In this document: positions 51,617 to 61,700 of the stretch, in pieces
Layout of the letters: every line of letters begins with the position of its first letter
Numbering within the stretch: the stretch's first letter is position 1
DNA from: Balanoglossus misakiensis
Lineage: Eukaryota > Animalia > Hemichordata
NCBI GenBank assembly: GCA_040954595.2
Contig: CM082588.2
Coordinates: 3,846,156-3,910,155, forward strand
Reading direction: 5' to 3'
Length of the DNA: 64,000 nucleotides
The notes under the pieces: generated by a model
Database searches by the model: none
Seen by the model: only the letters and a program-made list of their open reading frames with translations
What the model was told of the DNA's origin: nothing
Program-made: the position numbers and the translations under genes

Positions 51617-53146
51617 ATGATCGCGCAGTGGTGGTTGGTCGTGTGCGGATGGTGCTTTGTGTTTTTATCGTCGCCGACCGATGCTGTACCGACGTTCGTC
51701 GAAGAACCCGCAGGTGTGACGGCAGAGTTGGGGGAGTCCGTGACGCTAGCTTGCAAAATTGCGGACAAGGAGAATTACCAAGTTTTCTGGATAATAACAC
51801 TGGATAACAACGAGAATACTATTGCTCTTGGACCAGACAGGCACCGAAACGTGGGCGTTTATCCCGGTTACGAGTTCAGCGGCGACAGCGCAACAGGTAA
51901 TTACGATCTGGGGATAACGGCAGTCGGTGCAGACGACTCAGGACAGTATACGTGTTTTATCCGGGCTCCGAATAATGACCCTGACGACAACATTCAGGCA
52001 AGGGCAACTTTAAGCGTGAACCCCCCTTCTCCTCCCACGTGCGCATCTCGAAACTTAAATTTTGGCACAGGCGCCGTTAATCTAGAGGGCAACCTAGTGG
52101 GACTGACATGCGCTCTAACTGGAGGGGCTCCAGGAACGACCGTGAATTGGCTCAGAAACACCGAACCCATGCCCGGGCAAAACCATACGGAGGAAGCCGA
52201 CGACCAGGGCCGAGCAACGGTCACATCCACGGTCGATTGGGAACTCTCGCCGTTGGATAACCACGCAGATTACACGTGCGAGGCAAATTACCCAGGTTGG
52301 CCCGAACCAGTCGGCTGCCAACAGGCGTTCGAGGACCTGATTCTTGAGTTCAGCCCCGTGGTCATGGTCTATCCGCCGTGGCAACACGTCGAGAGGAACT
52401 TCCCAGCCGTGCTGTACTGCAATGCCACTGCACGCCCCAGCGAGTGCACGTTCACGTGGATTTACAAAGGCGCCGAGGTGAGCGACGATGACCCGGCGTT
52501 CAACATCAGTTCTGATTCCTCACACTCGACGCTCACGTTCATGGCCGTCTCCAGCGATGACTACCTGCAAGAGATCACCTGCAACGGAACGAACGCCATC
52601 GGCAGCAACACCAAGGCTGCCATACTCATGGACCCGACCAAGGAGGAAAAACCCGCCCCGGCCATCAGCTTTCGGTACATGCTGATCATCGTGGTGGTTG
52701 TGATAGGGGTTTTGTTTCTGGCCGTTCTGCTGGTGACCTGCTGCCTCTGCTGCAAGCAGTCGAAGAGGGAACGCCGCAAGAACGACCCCAACCGCCAGGA
52801 CGGCTACACGCTGAACGAGGTCGACGGCGGGGAGGGCGCAGTCAACCGGCACAACGACGGCATCGACTACAACCAGTTCCAAGGCGGCGCCGAGAACACT
52901 GTCGCCGTGAACAGTGTCGAGCAACAACCCAACATCAACGGTGGCGGAGGCTCCGTGAAGGAGCAGAACGACAACAAGCACAACAACTCGGGCGTGGAGG
53001 ATCTGTACGCCACCCCGCACAAGACCCGGGGGTCGACACGGTCAGAGCCGAGCAGCGTCGAAGACAACACAGAGATCACAAGTGCGCCAGAGGACGTCGA
53101 AGTCAGCGACCAAAATGAACCGCCTACCGGACATGTGCTCTATTAA
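51617..53146 (+). CDS. IgSF type-I membrane receptor 6 (3 Ig domains, juxtamembrane Cys cluster, long tail), intronless CDS
   Basis: Signal peptide; PTFVEEP..VTLACKI..VFWI..YDLGITAVGADDSGQYTC; LTCALTGGAPGTTVNW..DNHADYTC; LYCNATARP..FTWIYKG; TM MLIIVVVVIGVLFLAVLLV followed by TCCLCC; tail with DLYATP. Acceptor-like ttatttttcag at ~51573-51583 suggests a 5'UTR intron. Confidence 0.9.
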   Translation: MIAQWWLVVCGWCFVFLSSPTDAVPTFVEEPAGVTAELGESVTLACKIADKENYQVFWIITLDNNENTIALGPDRHRNVGVYPGYEFSGDSATGNYDLGITAVGADDSGQYTCFIRAPNNDPDDNIQARATLSVNPPSPPTCASRNLNFGTGAVNLEGNLVGLTCALTGGAPGTTVNWLRNTEPMPGQNHTEEADDQGRATVTSTVDWELSPLDNHADYTCEANYPGWPEPVGCQQAFEDLILEFSPVVMVYPPWQHVERNFPAVLYCNATARPSECTFTWIYKGAEVSDDDPAFNISSDSSHSTLTFMAVSSDDYLQEITCNGTNAIGSNTKAAILMDPTKEEKPAPAISFRYMLIIVVVVIGVLFLAVLLVTCCLCCKQSKRERRKNDPNRQDGYTLNEVDGGEGAVNRHNDGIDYNQFQGGAENTVAVNSVEQQPNINGGGGSVKEQNDNKHNNSGVEDLYATPHKTRGSTRSEPSSVEDNTEITSAPEDVEVSDQNEPPTGHVLY

Positions 53147-56100
53147 TATTCCCAGCAAGTTCCACTACACGATGAATTTATAAAAAAAACGTTGCCACGA
53201 GGCGTTTTATTTGATAGCTTCCCCAGTGTCTGGACATAAAAATTTCAGCATGTTGTCATGTACAAACAACTGACAATTTAGACAATTTATAGACGGATGC
53301 CGTGGCAATTTCTATGGACAGATTTTCTAGGTATGGGTGAAGGGTATTATGTAATAGCCATCAATGCAACATAGGTCCAGAGTTTAGATAATTGTGCGGA
53401 TTTTCACTTTTTTTTCGCTGAATTTTTAACTTCATTTACAAATTCGGTACTGACTTGGGTGACTTCCGCATGATCTTGTATATTTCTATTTTAGGGCAAG
53501 AGATCCAAAACCCATCAGTCTAAAATCCCAGCTTCCAATGATCACGTATTCGCACCACCTGTTGATCGGTATAACATACATATAAACACCTTCGCTTGGA
53601 TGTAGAAAAAGTCGCCCGCTGCCTTAAATTTGTCACCAACTTTGAAAGCACCCACACTCGAATCAAAAGCTCTTCACTCGGTCACACAAAAGCACATTCA
53701 CTCAGAATGTTTAGCTTCGACAGTCAGCCTGGTAGATCGCGTGACCTTGATAACATGACCAGTGCAATATGTGCACCCTTTGCCTTCGCATTCAATCAAA
53801 ATACATAATCAAAATTCAGCTACATATTAAACAAGAATGTCGAGGGCCTACATATTCATGTAGGACGTTGGAGATCACCCTTAGGTCAGGGAGTGACGGA
53901 GTGAAAAGCTGGTAGCTGAACAATTAACCATTGTTATGTAAGTCGAAGTAATGTTTACACGGGGTCTTTTGTATGGCGGAGAACATCGTCGTGATAATTA
54001 TATTGAGGGTTTGTCTGGGTCAGGAGGACAAGTCTCACACACAATGGTGTTAAATATTGAAAGGCGTTTTATTTACACCTATTTCTATTTCAAAATCTGA
54101 ACCAAAGTAGATTTCCGAACATTTTTCAATCGTGAGACGTTTTATCCTTAGCTCCAGACAAACTCTACTATTTTTTTCTTAGTTTTAATGTAGAGGGTAT
54201 TTTAAGTCCGATATAGCCACATATGACCCAGTCTATATACGTTCACAGCATCACCCGTTCTCTTTCCATCGTTGACAGAGTTTACCTTTTGTGTATAGGG
54301 ACTTTCTGGACATCTGTGCCTTTGCACACAATGGCGGAGTTAGACACACAGGGTACTAAACGCCTTTCACACAGTCGAATACCCATTGTTGCCATTGGTT
54401 ATATAATACAAACTTGTTGACGTGCGTGTAATCCGGGTTCATTTTCGATGCATGTTTATGGTTATATTTTCTGGAGTTTCGCCCTCTAGCGATGTATGCT
54501 ATGCAAATCGTATTGGTGACAGTTTTGCTCGGTAGCAACTTGACTAAGCATTCCAACAGCATGTTAACTCATGTTTTTTTTCTACAACTGCTGTGTAACT
54601 CATTTTTTACTGTAACCAGTTCAATTATGTTCGAAAAATTTTCCTTGCAGCAAATTCCATGACCTACTTTGGTCACATGTTTTTATTCACGCAATGTCCA
54701 TCATAGGACAATAATTTTACAATTCTGTACATTTTTAAGCTGGGAGACTGAGAGATTGCTTTATATAATCCAGCTCATTAAGCAAGGTAAATGTATATCT
54801 ATCATACACTGGCTGCACATTTTTGCTTTTCGGATAAAAAACGAATCATTTAAAAATTTCCTTCCATCATCTTTTATTTGTAAAAGCAATAAAACACATT
54901 TACTCTCCAGGGACTCGAGACGGACAGTTTTTTTTTTTGTCTCTGTCCGAGGATCTGATCGGAATTACCTAGGTTTTTATCACTGGCAATAAAAAAATAC
55001 GAGAGTAAATCCTCCGACATTACAGTCCAAATTGAAAAATCACCACAGGGAATATTTGTGGAACTCATTCTATCCCGCTTCACACTTTAATAATAATGAT
55101 GCTATTTTAAAAAAATACTTGTATATATTTCTCTGGCGTTTTTATCGTCACAGTGATCACGTGAATAGTCAGTGCTGTCCTTCATACACTTAATTTGGTC
55201 ACGTGATGACATGCTCATCCTGTACAGAACCGGTTTATCATGCAATATGGCGTGTATTTTCATTGGGAGTTCGTTTTAAGGGCAGAAGGAATTCAATTAC
55301 ACCGTCGCCAATTGGATTAGGCTCTTAGTGGAATGTTTCCAATATCGAAGAACCTCTTTTTCTAGATTGGAGTTTGTAATTGAAAGCAATGCAATCTATA
55401 GTTGGTGTTTACTATCTTAATATGGGGGACTCCCTAACGTTCAAGGTATATGGATAGAACAGAAGTTACCTAACATATACTGATCGCATACACTTTTTTT
55501 TATTTTTGTGAGTTTAAGGTGAATGTAAAAAGAGAGCTGGGAATCAAAACAGTCAACCTTAAGTTGTCGTTTAAAGGGGCGCTTGTCAATCGCCCCTTGG
55601 CGCGACGGTTACAGATTCTTCACCGTGTAATTAGATATAATATGAAATTGTACACACCACTTTACAAAGTTAATTCGTTTTTCTATCCACCCGGATTCAC
55701 CTCCGGCTAATTGCGTCGCGAAATCGCGACCTCAATCATGCTGCCCTGGATGCAGTTTTGGTTTTAATAGATTGGACTTCATTGTGTGTCGGAATGCCCT
55801 CTGACCGGTGGTTGCCGGGTAGACTATACATGGGTACTTCGTGTAATTTTACAATTATACATTTTTTCATTGATTTTACATTTGCAATTTTGATCAAAAA
55901 TTAAAATTTGGTGATGTTATTTCAGAAAAGTGTTCGGCGTTTGTGTGATGATTACATGTTTGTCTGTCTGTAGTACTGTCCCTGTGTCTGTATTTTAGTC
56001 TATGTGTGCCTCTACGTGTGTATCTCTCCCCCCCCCTCTCTCTCTCTCGTTTCTGCACGTTTCCTATTCCAGCAGCAAATTTGTGCTTGCGAATACGAGG

Positions 56101-57251
56101 ACCAGATTTCATTATACAATGTATAATTCAAAAGCGGGGACATGTAATAAGACGGATTTGTCTAATTTCCCTGTTTATTAGTTTTGCAAATTTAAATGCC
56201 CAGCGTGTCTTAATGAATGAACCCTTGTCACTGTTCTATGACAAACTCAATTAAAATCCACCTAATTTCATTTGTACCTTGTTCAATTTTCCCTTTTCTC
56301 CTGAGGGCGCTAGCACATCAGGTTGGCCAGAGGTAGGGTAACTAGGGCAACAGTTGTTTTACGACTTTTTATTGGACGCATTGTTATAAGAGAAAGTTGC
56401 CCGCATCGTTTCCACGGTGACAAGTCTATATCTGCGATTTGTTTTATTTTCCGTTAGCAGAATTTCAAACGTAAATGCATGAAGTGGATGTTTACAAAAG
56501 AATTAATCGATCGCGTTTTAATTCATGTGCAAATTGTTTATCACACTCAAAGAGACAAAGGCCATGGAAAATCATTTATAACGAATTACTCCTTATTGGA
56601 TTTTATTTTAATTGTTGGCGATATTTTACTCTAAAAATCCATATAATGGGGAAAACTTTGTAATAATTCATCTGCCGCCGTGATCTCTTGGCCGAGTGGT
56701 CGCAATGTGATGTTGTCTACAGGCTGGGGTCTGGTCCGGTTTGGATGTCTCAGTGAAAGAGTTAACAAATGGCATGCAAATGTTGAATTTAGCCAGGCTT
56801 TTGTGCTGTCAGGCCATGCATAACAAAACCTCTTTGTCGTTATTTCTGAACTGCTTCACATGCACGCCCCGCCCTCCCATTGCAACACGGCAGTGTCGGA
56901 GTGTTGTTTGTCTGTTGGATATTGTAATAACCCGGAGTGAAAGTTCCCGGATGTGGTGATGAAAACTGACCTCCATTTGTGCGTTCGATTTAACGAGTTC
57001 TGCTAGCACGACTGTTGCCATTGCTTTTACCTGGGCTGTGAAGAGACGACCTGAACCCGAGCTGCAACGGTGACTTTCTGTGCTTGTCTTTCTTTCCGAG
57101 GTAAGTTCGGTTTGACCGCAACGGTAGCTTGATCGACAAATTCCGCGGCCAAACGCGGACGGAGTTCCCCTGAACTATCTGTCGTTATTGCCGACAACAT
57201 TTAAACGTTGCAGACGCCGCCGTAACAAGGTAAACCGCCAACTGGATCAGT

Positions 57252-58784
57252 ATGTTACACCGCCGACCCTCTTTGCGGCTCGTTCTGGTCGCTTTTTGCC
57301 TGACGGTCGCCAACTGTCAGCTTCCAGGGTTTCGCAATCACCCCATGGACACGATAGCCATCAAGGGCGACACGACAATACTCCAGTGCCGGACGACCGC
57401 GGAAGCTGCCGGCGCGAAGCTGTTGTGGTACAAAGATGGCGTTGCAATCGGCGAGAACAACACTTTCTCCGACGGTGTTCCGGGTCGGTTTTCGATAAAC
57501 GGCGACTGGACTGCGGGCGAGTACGACTTGAAAATCAAGGACACACAGGTATCTGACTCGGGGGAATATTATTGCCAATTCTCGGCTTCTGACGGGGACA
57601 CGTCAATCAGCAACATTGCCACACTGACCGTCATACAGCCAGTGGAAAGCTGGCACCCGAAGTGCTTTATGTACCTGCGCGAGAATTCCCAAAGCACGGA
57701 AGACAGACTCGCGTCTTCCGGGTTTATCGTCGGCGATAAAGTGGCCGTGGAATGCGTTTCGAGCGGAGAACCAGTCCCCGAGCTGACTTGGAGAGAAGAC
57801 GGCAGGCTCGTCCCGGGGGAACTGGACCAGAATTTCAATTACTCCATGGCTACAAACATCTTTGCTTGGACACTTTCCGAAAGGGACGATGGAGCTCTCT
57901 ATATATGTTCCGCCAACCTCCCGACCTTGGCCCGGTCACCGTTTTGCACCATCGGGCCGCTAGATATTCGGGTGGTAGACACGTCAGGCATTGCCATGAT
58001 ACCGGCAATCATCACCGGCGCTCTGGCCGCCGTCGCCGTCATTCTCTTCTTCGTTGTTTTGATATTGCTGTTTAAGTACAGACAGTGCAAGATATGCCGC
58101 GACTTGCCTGATTTCCACGAGCCCGTCGAAGTGGCGATGCCCGACGCTGTCGGCCAGCTGCCGAGCCCGATTCCGTCATCCGAGACCGACGAGGACGACC
58201 GAGACAGCGTCGACGTGGTTGTCGTGCGTGACGGTAGCACTCAAGACGCCGGGCAGTCGACCGCCGCCATGCCGTCGCCGAACGAACGGCAAGAAATCCC
58301 GAAGCTGAACTCGAGTAGCATTATTCGGAATATCGACCAAGACAACGACAAGCAGCTGCACGCACTTCCACAACCCGGTGGCGGCGACAACTCAACGTTC
58401 GACACCCAGTCGCTCAGTTCGGACTCTCCCAACGCCAACGTCGAGAGGGAACCCGAACCGCAGCCGTCGACCTCATTCCGACCGCCGCCACCGATCCCCG
58501 CGGACTCGTCATCGGTCTCCGGAGACACATCGCCGCGCGTGCTGGAACTGGAAGAGGAATCCATCTACTACATCCCGAAAGAACCACAGACAAAGAAAGG
58601 CAAGGGCGCCAAGACAGCGGCCAAGAAAAAAGAGAAGAAACAGCAGAAGAAAGAGAAGAAGGCACTGGAGAGGCGCAAACGAGACCCCGACTACATCGAC
58701 GACCCTGTCGTGTACGCCGAAATAAATTTCAGCAAAGACGTTGGTATGAACATCATCATCGAAAACAAAGATTTAAACAAGTAA
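57252..58784 (+). CDS. IgSF type-I membrane receptor 7 (2 Ig domains, long Pro/Ser-rich tail with ITIM), intronless CDS
   Basis: Signal peptide; FRNHP..ILQCRT..LLWYKDG..YDLKIKDTQVSDSGEYYC; VECVSSGEPVPELTW..DDGALYIC; TM IAMIPAIITGALAAVAVILFFVVLILLF; ~235-aa tail with RPPPPIP, EEESIYYIP, a Lys-rich block and VVYAEI. Confidence 0.9.
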   Translation: MLHRRPSLRLVLVAFCLTVANCQLPGFRNHPMDTIAIKGDTTILQCRTTAEAAGAKLLWYKDGVAIGENNTFSDGVPGRFSINGDWTAGEYDLKIKDTQVSDSGEYYCQFSASDGDTSISNIATLTVIQPVESWHPKCFMYLRENSQSTEDRLASSGFIVGDKVAVECVSSGEPVPELTWREDGRLVPGELDQNFNYSMATNIFAWTLSERDDGALYICSANLPTLARSPFCTIGPLDIRVVDTSGIAMIPAIITGALAAVAVILFFVVLILLFKYRQCKICRDLPDFHEPVEVAMPDAVGQLPSPIPSSETDEDDRDSVDVVVVRDGSTQDAGQSTAAMPSPNERQEIPKLNSSSIIRNIDQDNDKQLHALPQPGGGDNSTFDTQSLSSDSPNANVEREPEPQPSTSFRPPPPIPADSSSVSGDTSPRVLELEEESIYYIPKEPQTKKGKGAKTAAKKKEKKQQKKEKKALERRKRDPDYIDDPVVYAEINFSKDVGMNIIIENKDLNK

Positions 58785-61700
58785 ATTTCCACACTATATG
58801 CCAAAATGTAACTCCTTTATTTATTCGTAACCAGATCATTTCGAAAGACTAGAACGCTACTTCTTCGCTTTTGAAGCGATGTGTGACCAAATAGCTTTCT
58901 CTCAGGAAGGTTGTGTGTGTGAAGAAGGGAGGGACGGGACCAGAGACTCGAAGCAGTAATGGAATCCGAGCGAGTGCCGCCTTTATTACAACCACTACCG
59001 TCTACAGTTTACAATTACCGTGGAGCATTACCTTACCGAACTCACAATGGCGGGTGTGTATATGCATGTCCGAACGGTTCATTATAGTCACCCGAAGCTG
59101 TAATCCGTGATAGGGGATTATGTGATCAGTGAAACTGTCGCACCGCTGTGTAAAGCGACGCCATTTTGGAGGATTCTTTGTAAATTTTCAGAGGAGTGTT
59201 CCAAATGAACTTATTTGTTAGCGCGCCACAGGGAAGCACCCGTCGCAGTCTTTTAAGCCCCGAGGCCACAACGCTACTCTTTTGAAAGTAAAAGGGATCT
59301 AATTGTTTTGTTTTACTGTTTTCAAGTATCCGAAGACCGGACACAGCTCTTGCCATAAGCCATGAAGACACTTTGTGGAACTTTTAAGTTTAACAAACCC
59401 GTTTAAAAAATGACGCCAACGGACATTCTGAGAATAGATTCTGAATCAATCCCAAGGTTTTTTTTTGTGGGTGGCCATTTTTATTTGACCCCTTTAACGT
59501 CCTTGAATAGGTGTTTCTTTTTTCGTGCCACCGGGGGTCCGGAACCCTCCGTCTTGGTATGTGACAAAGAACCGGGACTTTCATCGAATAGGGTGCTGTA
59601 TGAGTGAAAACAATGCGTAGACACCACTCCAGGCATTGTCCTGATCTCCCGGCATAATTGTACATTGAATGAGGGACTGAATACCAATTTGAACTCTGAC
59701 GTCAAGCGGCCATTTCGTTTATAAGTTTCCGTACCGCGCAGCTTATTGGAAATCCTCTCGTCACAATCGGTGATTTTCCAAGAGCGCAAAAGAAACACCA
59801 ATCAAATATTTGTGCTCGACCATCGGCTTTATGGCGCTTTTATAGCCAAGTTTGGCCTTTTCATGAGTACCACAGGTCATGCAGACTATTCCGTTCCGCG
59901 ACACTGGCTAACCAAGCGACCTAATGCATCAAACCCTCGAGTAAGATTCCATGACATAGGTCACCGCCTCTGTGGGATTCTTTGTTATAGTGCATATAAG
60001 AAGTAACCTTACTGCACAGTTGCAGGACATTAAAATTTGATGCAATGCCCATTATTTGCCAAAGCCTGTTCTGCCGGGCACATGCTCCGTAAGACTACAA
60101 GCGTTATATTTAGGTCAAAATGCTGTACATGTATTTACATTTCATAATACTCGACTATCTAAGCACCTTTAATGTTTTCTACGATCTGTAAATGACGCTG
60201 GGTCAACTATTTAACAGAATAATTGGTGTTCTTTTCACTTTATATACCGTATCAACTCTGTGACCATGTGACTATAAGGAAGAAGAAATTAACTCGCGCG
60301 ACGAGAAAATAATAGTTTGTTCAGAATGCTGCACTTTGCTGTCACAGGTCGACTCACTAAAGAAAGGTCACTTAGTGTAGATGTATCGTCAATTTTATGG
60401 CGCCAGTTTTGTCGTCAGTTGGCACTGCCCGAAATTGTCAGTACTGTTCTGTTATGACATGCGTGTTAGATATTTCAGAAATGTCACCGCTTTTGTTTCC
60501 ATACTTTCTTTTATTTCACAGTCCGTTAAACAAAACTGCTGCAGCCTCATAATGGAGCTGACACTATTAACGATCGATTAGACTCATTCAAAAAATGTTC
60601 GTGAGTGTTTGCTTGCGGTTGACAGGCCGCTTTCGTGATTGTTCACACTTCACGATAGTCCAATCAAATGTCAAAGTCTGTTCTTTAATTGTCTGTCACT
60701 CAAGGGCATTGTTCGTGTATCGTTGGTTCATGCCAGTGATTTTTCATATGCACAGCCCTGTTGAAGTCCAACTCTATTACATTGGGCGCCGGCATACGTT
60801 TGCACCAGTGGTCATTCCAAGGAGTGACTGACCAACGGTATTAGGTACATCTAAATTTTTCAGACATTTTTGGAATATTAGCAAACGTTTAGTAGACATT
60901 TATTTATCAGTTTTATGGCAGCAGAGACAATGTTGCTATGTTTTGAGCTTTACACTTTGCCACGAGAACTTAAAGAGGTGCTGGGCGACACAAACAATCG
61001 GTTTGTCAACCCCTGTATGTGTTTGTGCAGCTTTGAGTACCCATTCAACCGATAGCCAACATGTCCGTAACTAATTTATTATATTTTTACGAGGACGACT
61101 TTGGCTGAATGGGAAAAGTCATGCTTCGGCGACCATTCAATCAAGCCGGTTGTCGTGCGCGACGTCTGAATGATTGATTATTTCGATCGCCGGATATCGC
61201 GGTCTTTGTTGCCACGAAATTATTCTTTACAAAAAATATCTGGGCCATTAGATACTCAAGTTTTACAACATCCCTGTCTTCAAAATAAACCCAAGTTATT
61301 TTGTACTCTTTCAATGATGGCATAACCATCAAGAATTTGAAATTTCCCCGTAAGGTACATTTGGTTTCCAGACCTATCACACACAGTCTTAAAATGAAAC
61401 CACTGTAAAATATTGAAAATGTAATATCACACGACATATTTTTAAAATTTAGAACATATTCAGAATAGTTTGTATATATAGATAATTTTACACGATATGT
61501 AAATTTGCTTATCACTTTCTCAATTTTCCTACGGAAATAATTAAAATATATTAACATATTTGGATTGTGTTGTTATTCTGAATTTTCGCATAGCGGTAGG
61601 GCTAAGCCGATAATATAATCGAAAACATATTCCAAAGTTTCAAAAATAAATCTCTCTGTCTGCTTAAGAAGATCTCCAGACTTGAAACGGAGATTTTGTG

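Noticed and set aside
52520-53020. Antisense and alternative-frame ORFs over Ig genes and Brachyury (e.g. 52520-53020, 42700-43161, 24749-25285)
   Set aside because: Shadow ORFs arising from GC-rich codon usage of the real genes.
56689-56750. tRNA or tRNA-derived SINE (TGGCCGAGTGGT A-box-like)
   Set aside because: No intact B-box or cloverleaf can be formed.
36014-58784. RAG-type rearranging V segments
   Set aside because: Each V domain is already fused in frame to C domains, TM and tail. CACAGTG/CACTGTG heptamers (e.g. 40614, 41501, 51606, 55149) have no evident nonamer at 12/23 spacing.
36014-58784. Protocadherin-like variable exons spliced to shared constant exons
   Set aside because: Every ORF has its own stop and five have complete distinct tails. 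No constant exons are visible in the window; only weak donor-like sites occur in genes 2 and 4.
36014-58784. Assigning symbols such as KIRREL, NPHS1, CADM or NECTIN
   Set aside because: Domain counts and tails do not match those genes (no FERM/PDZ-binding ends, no FN3 domain); similarity is only at fold level.
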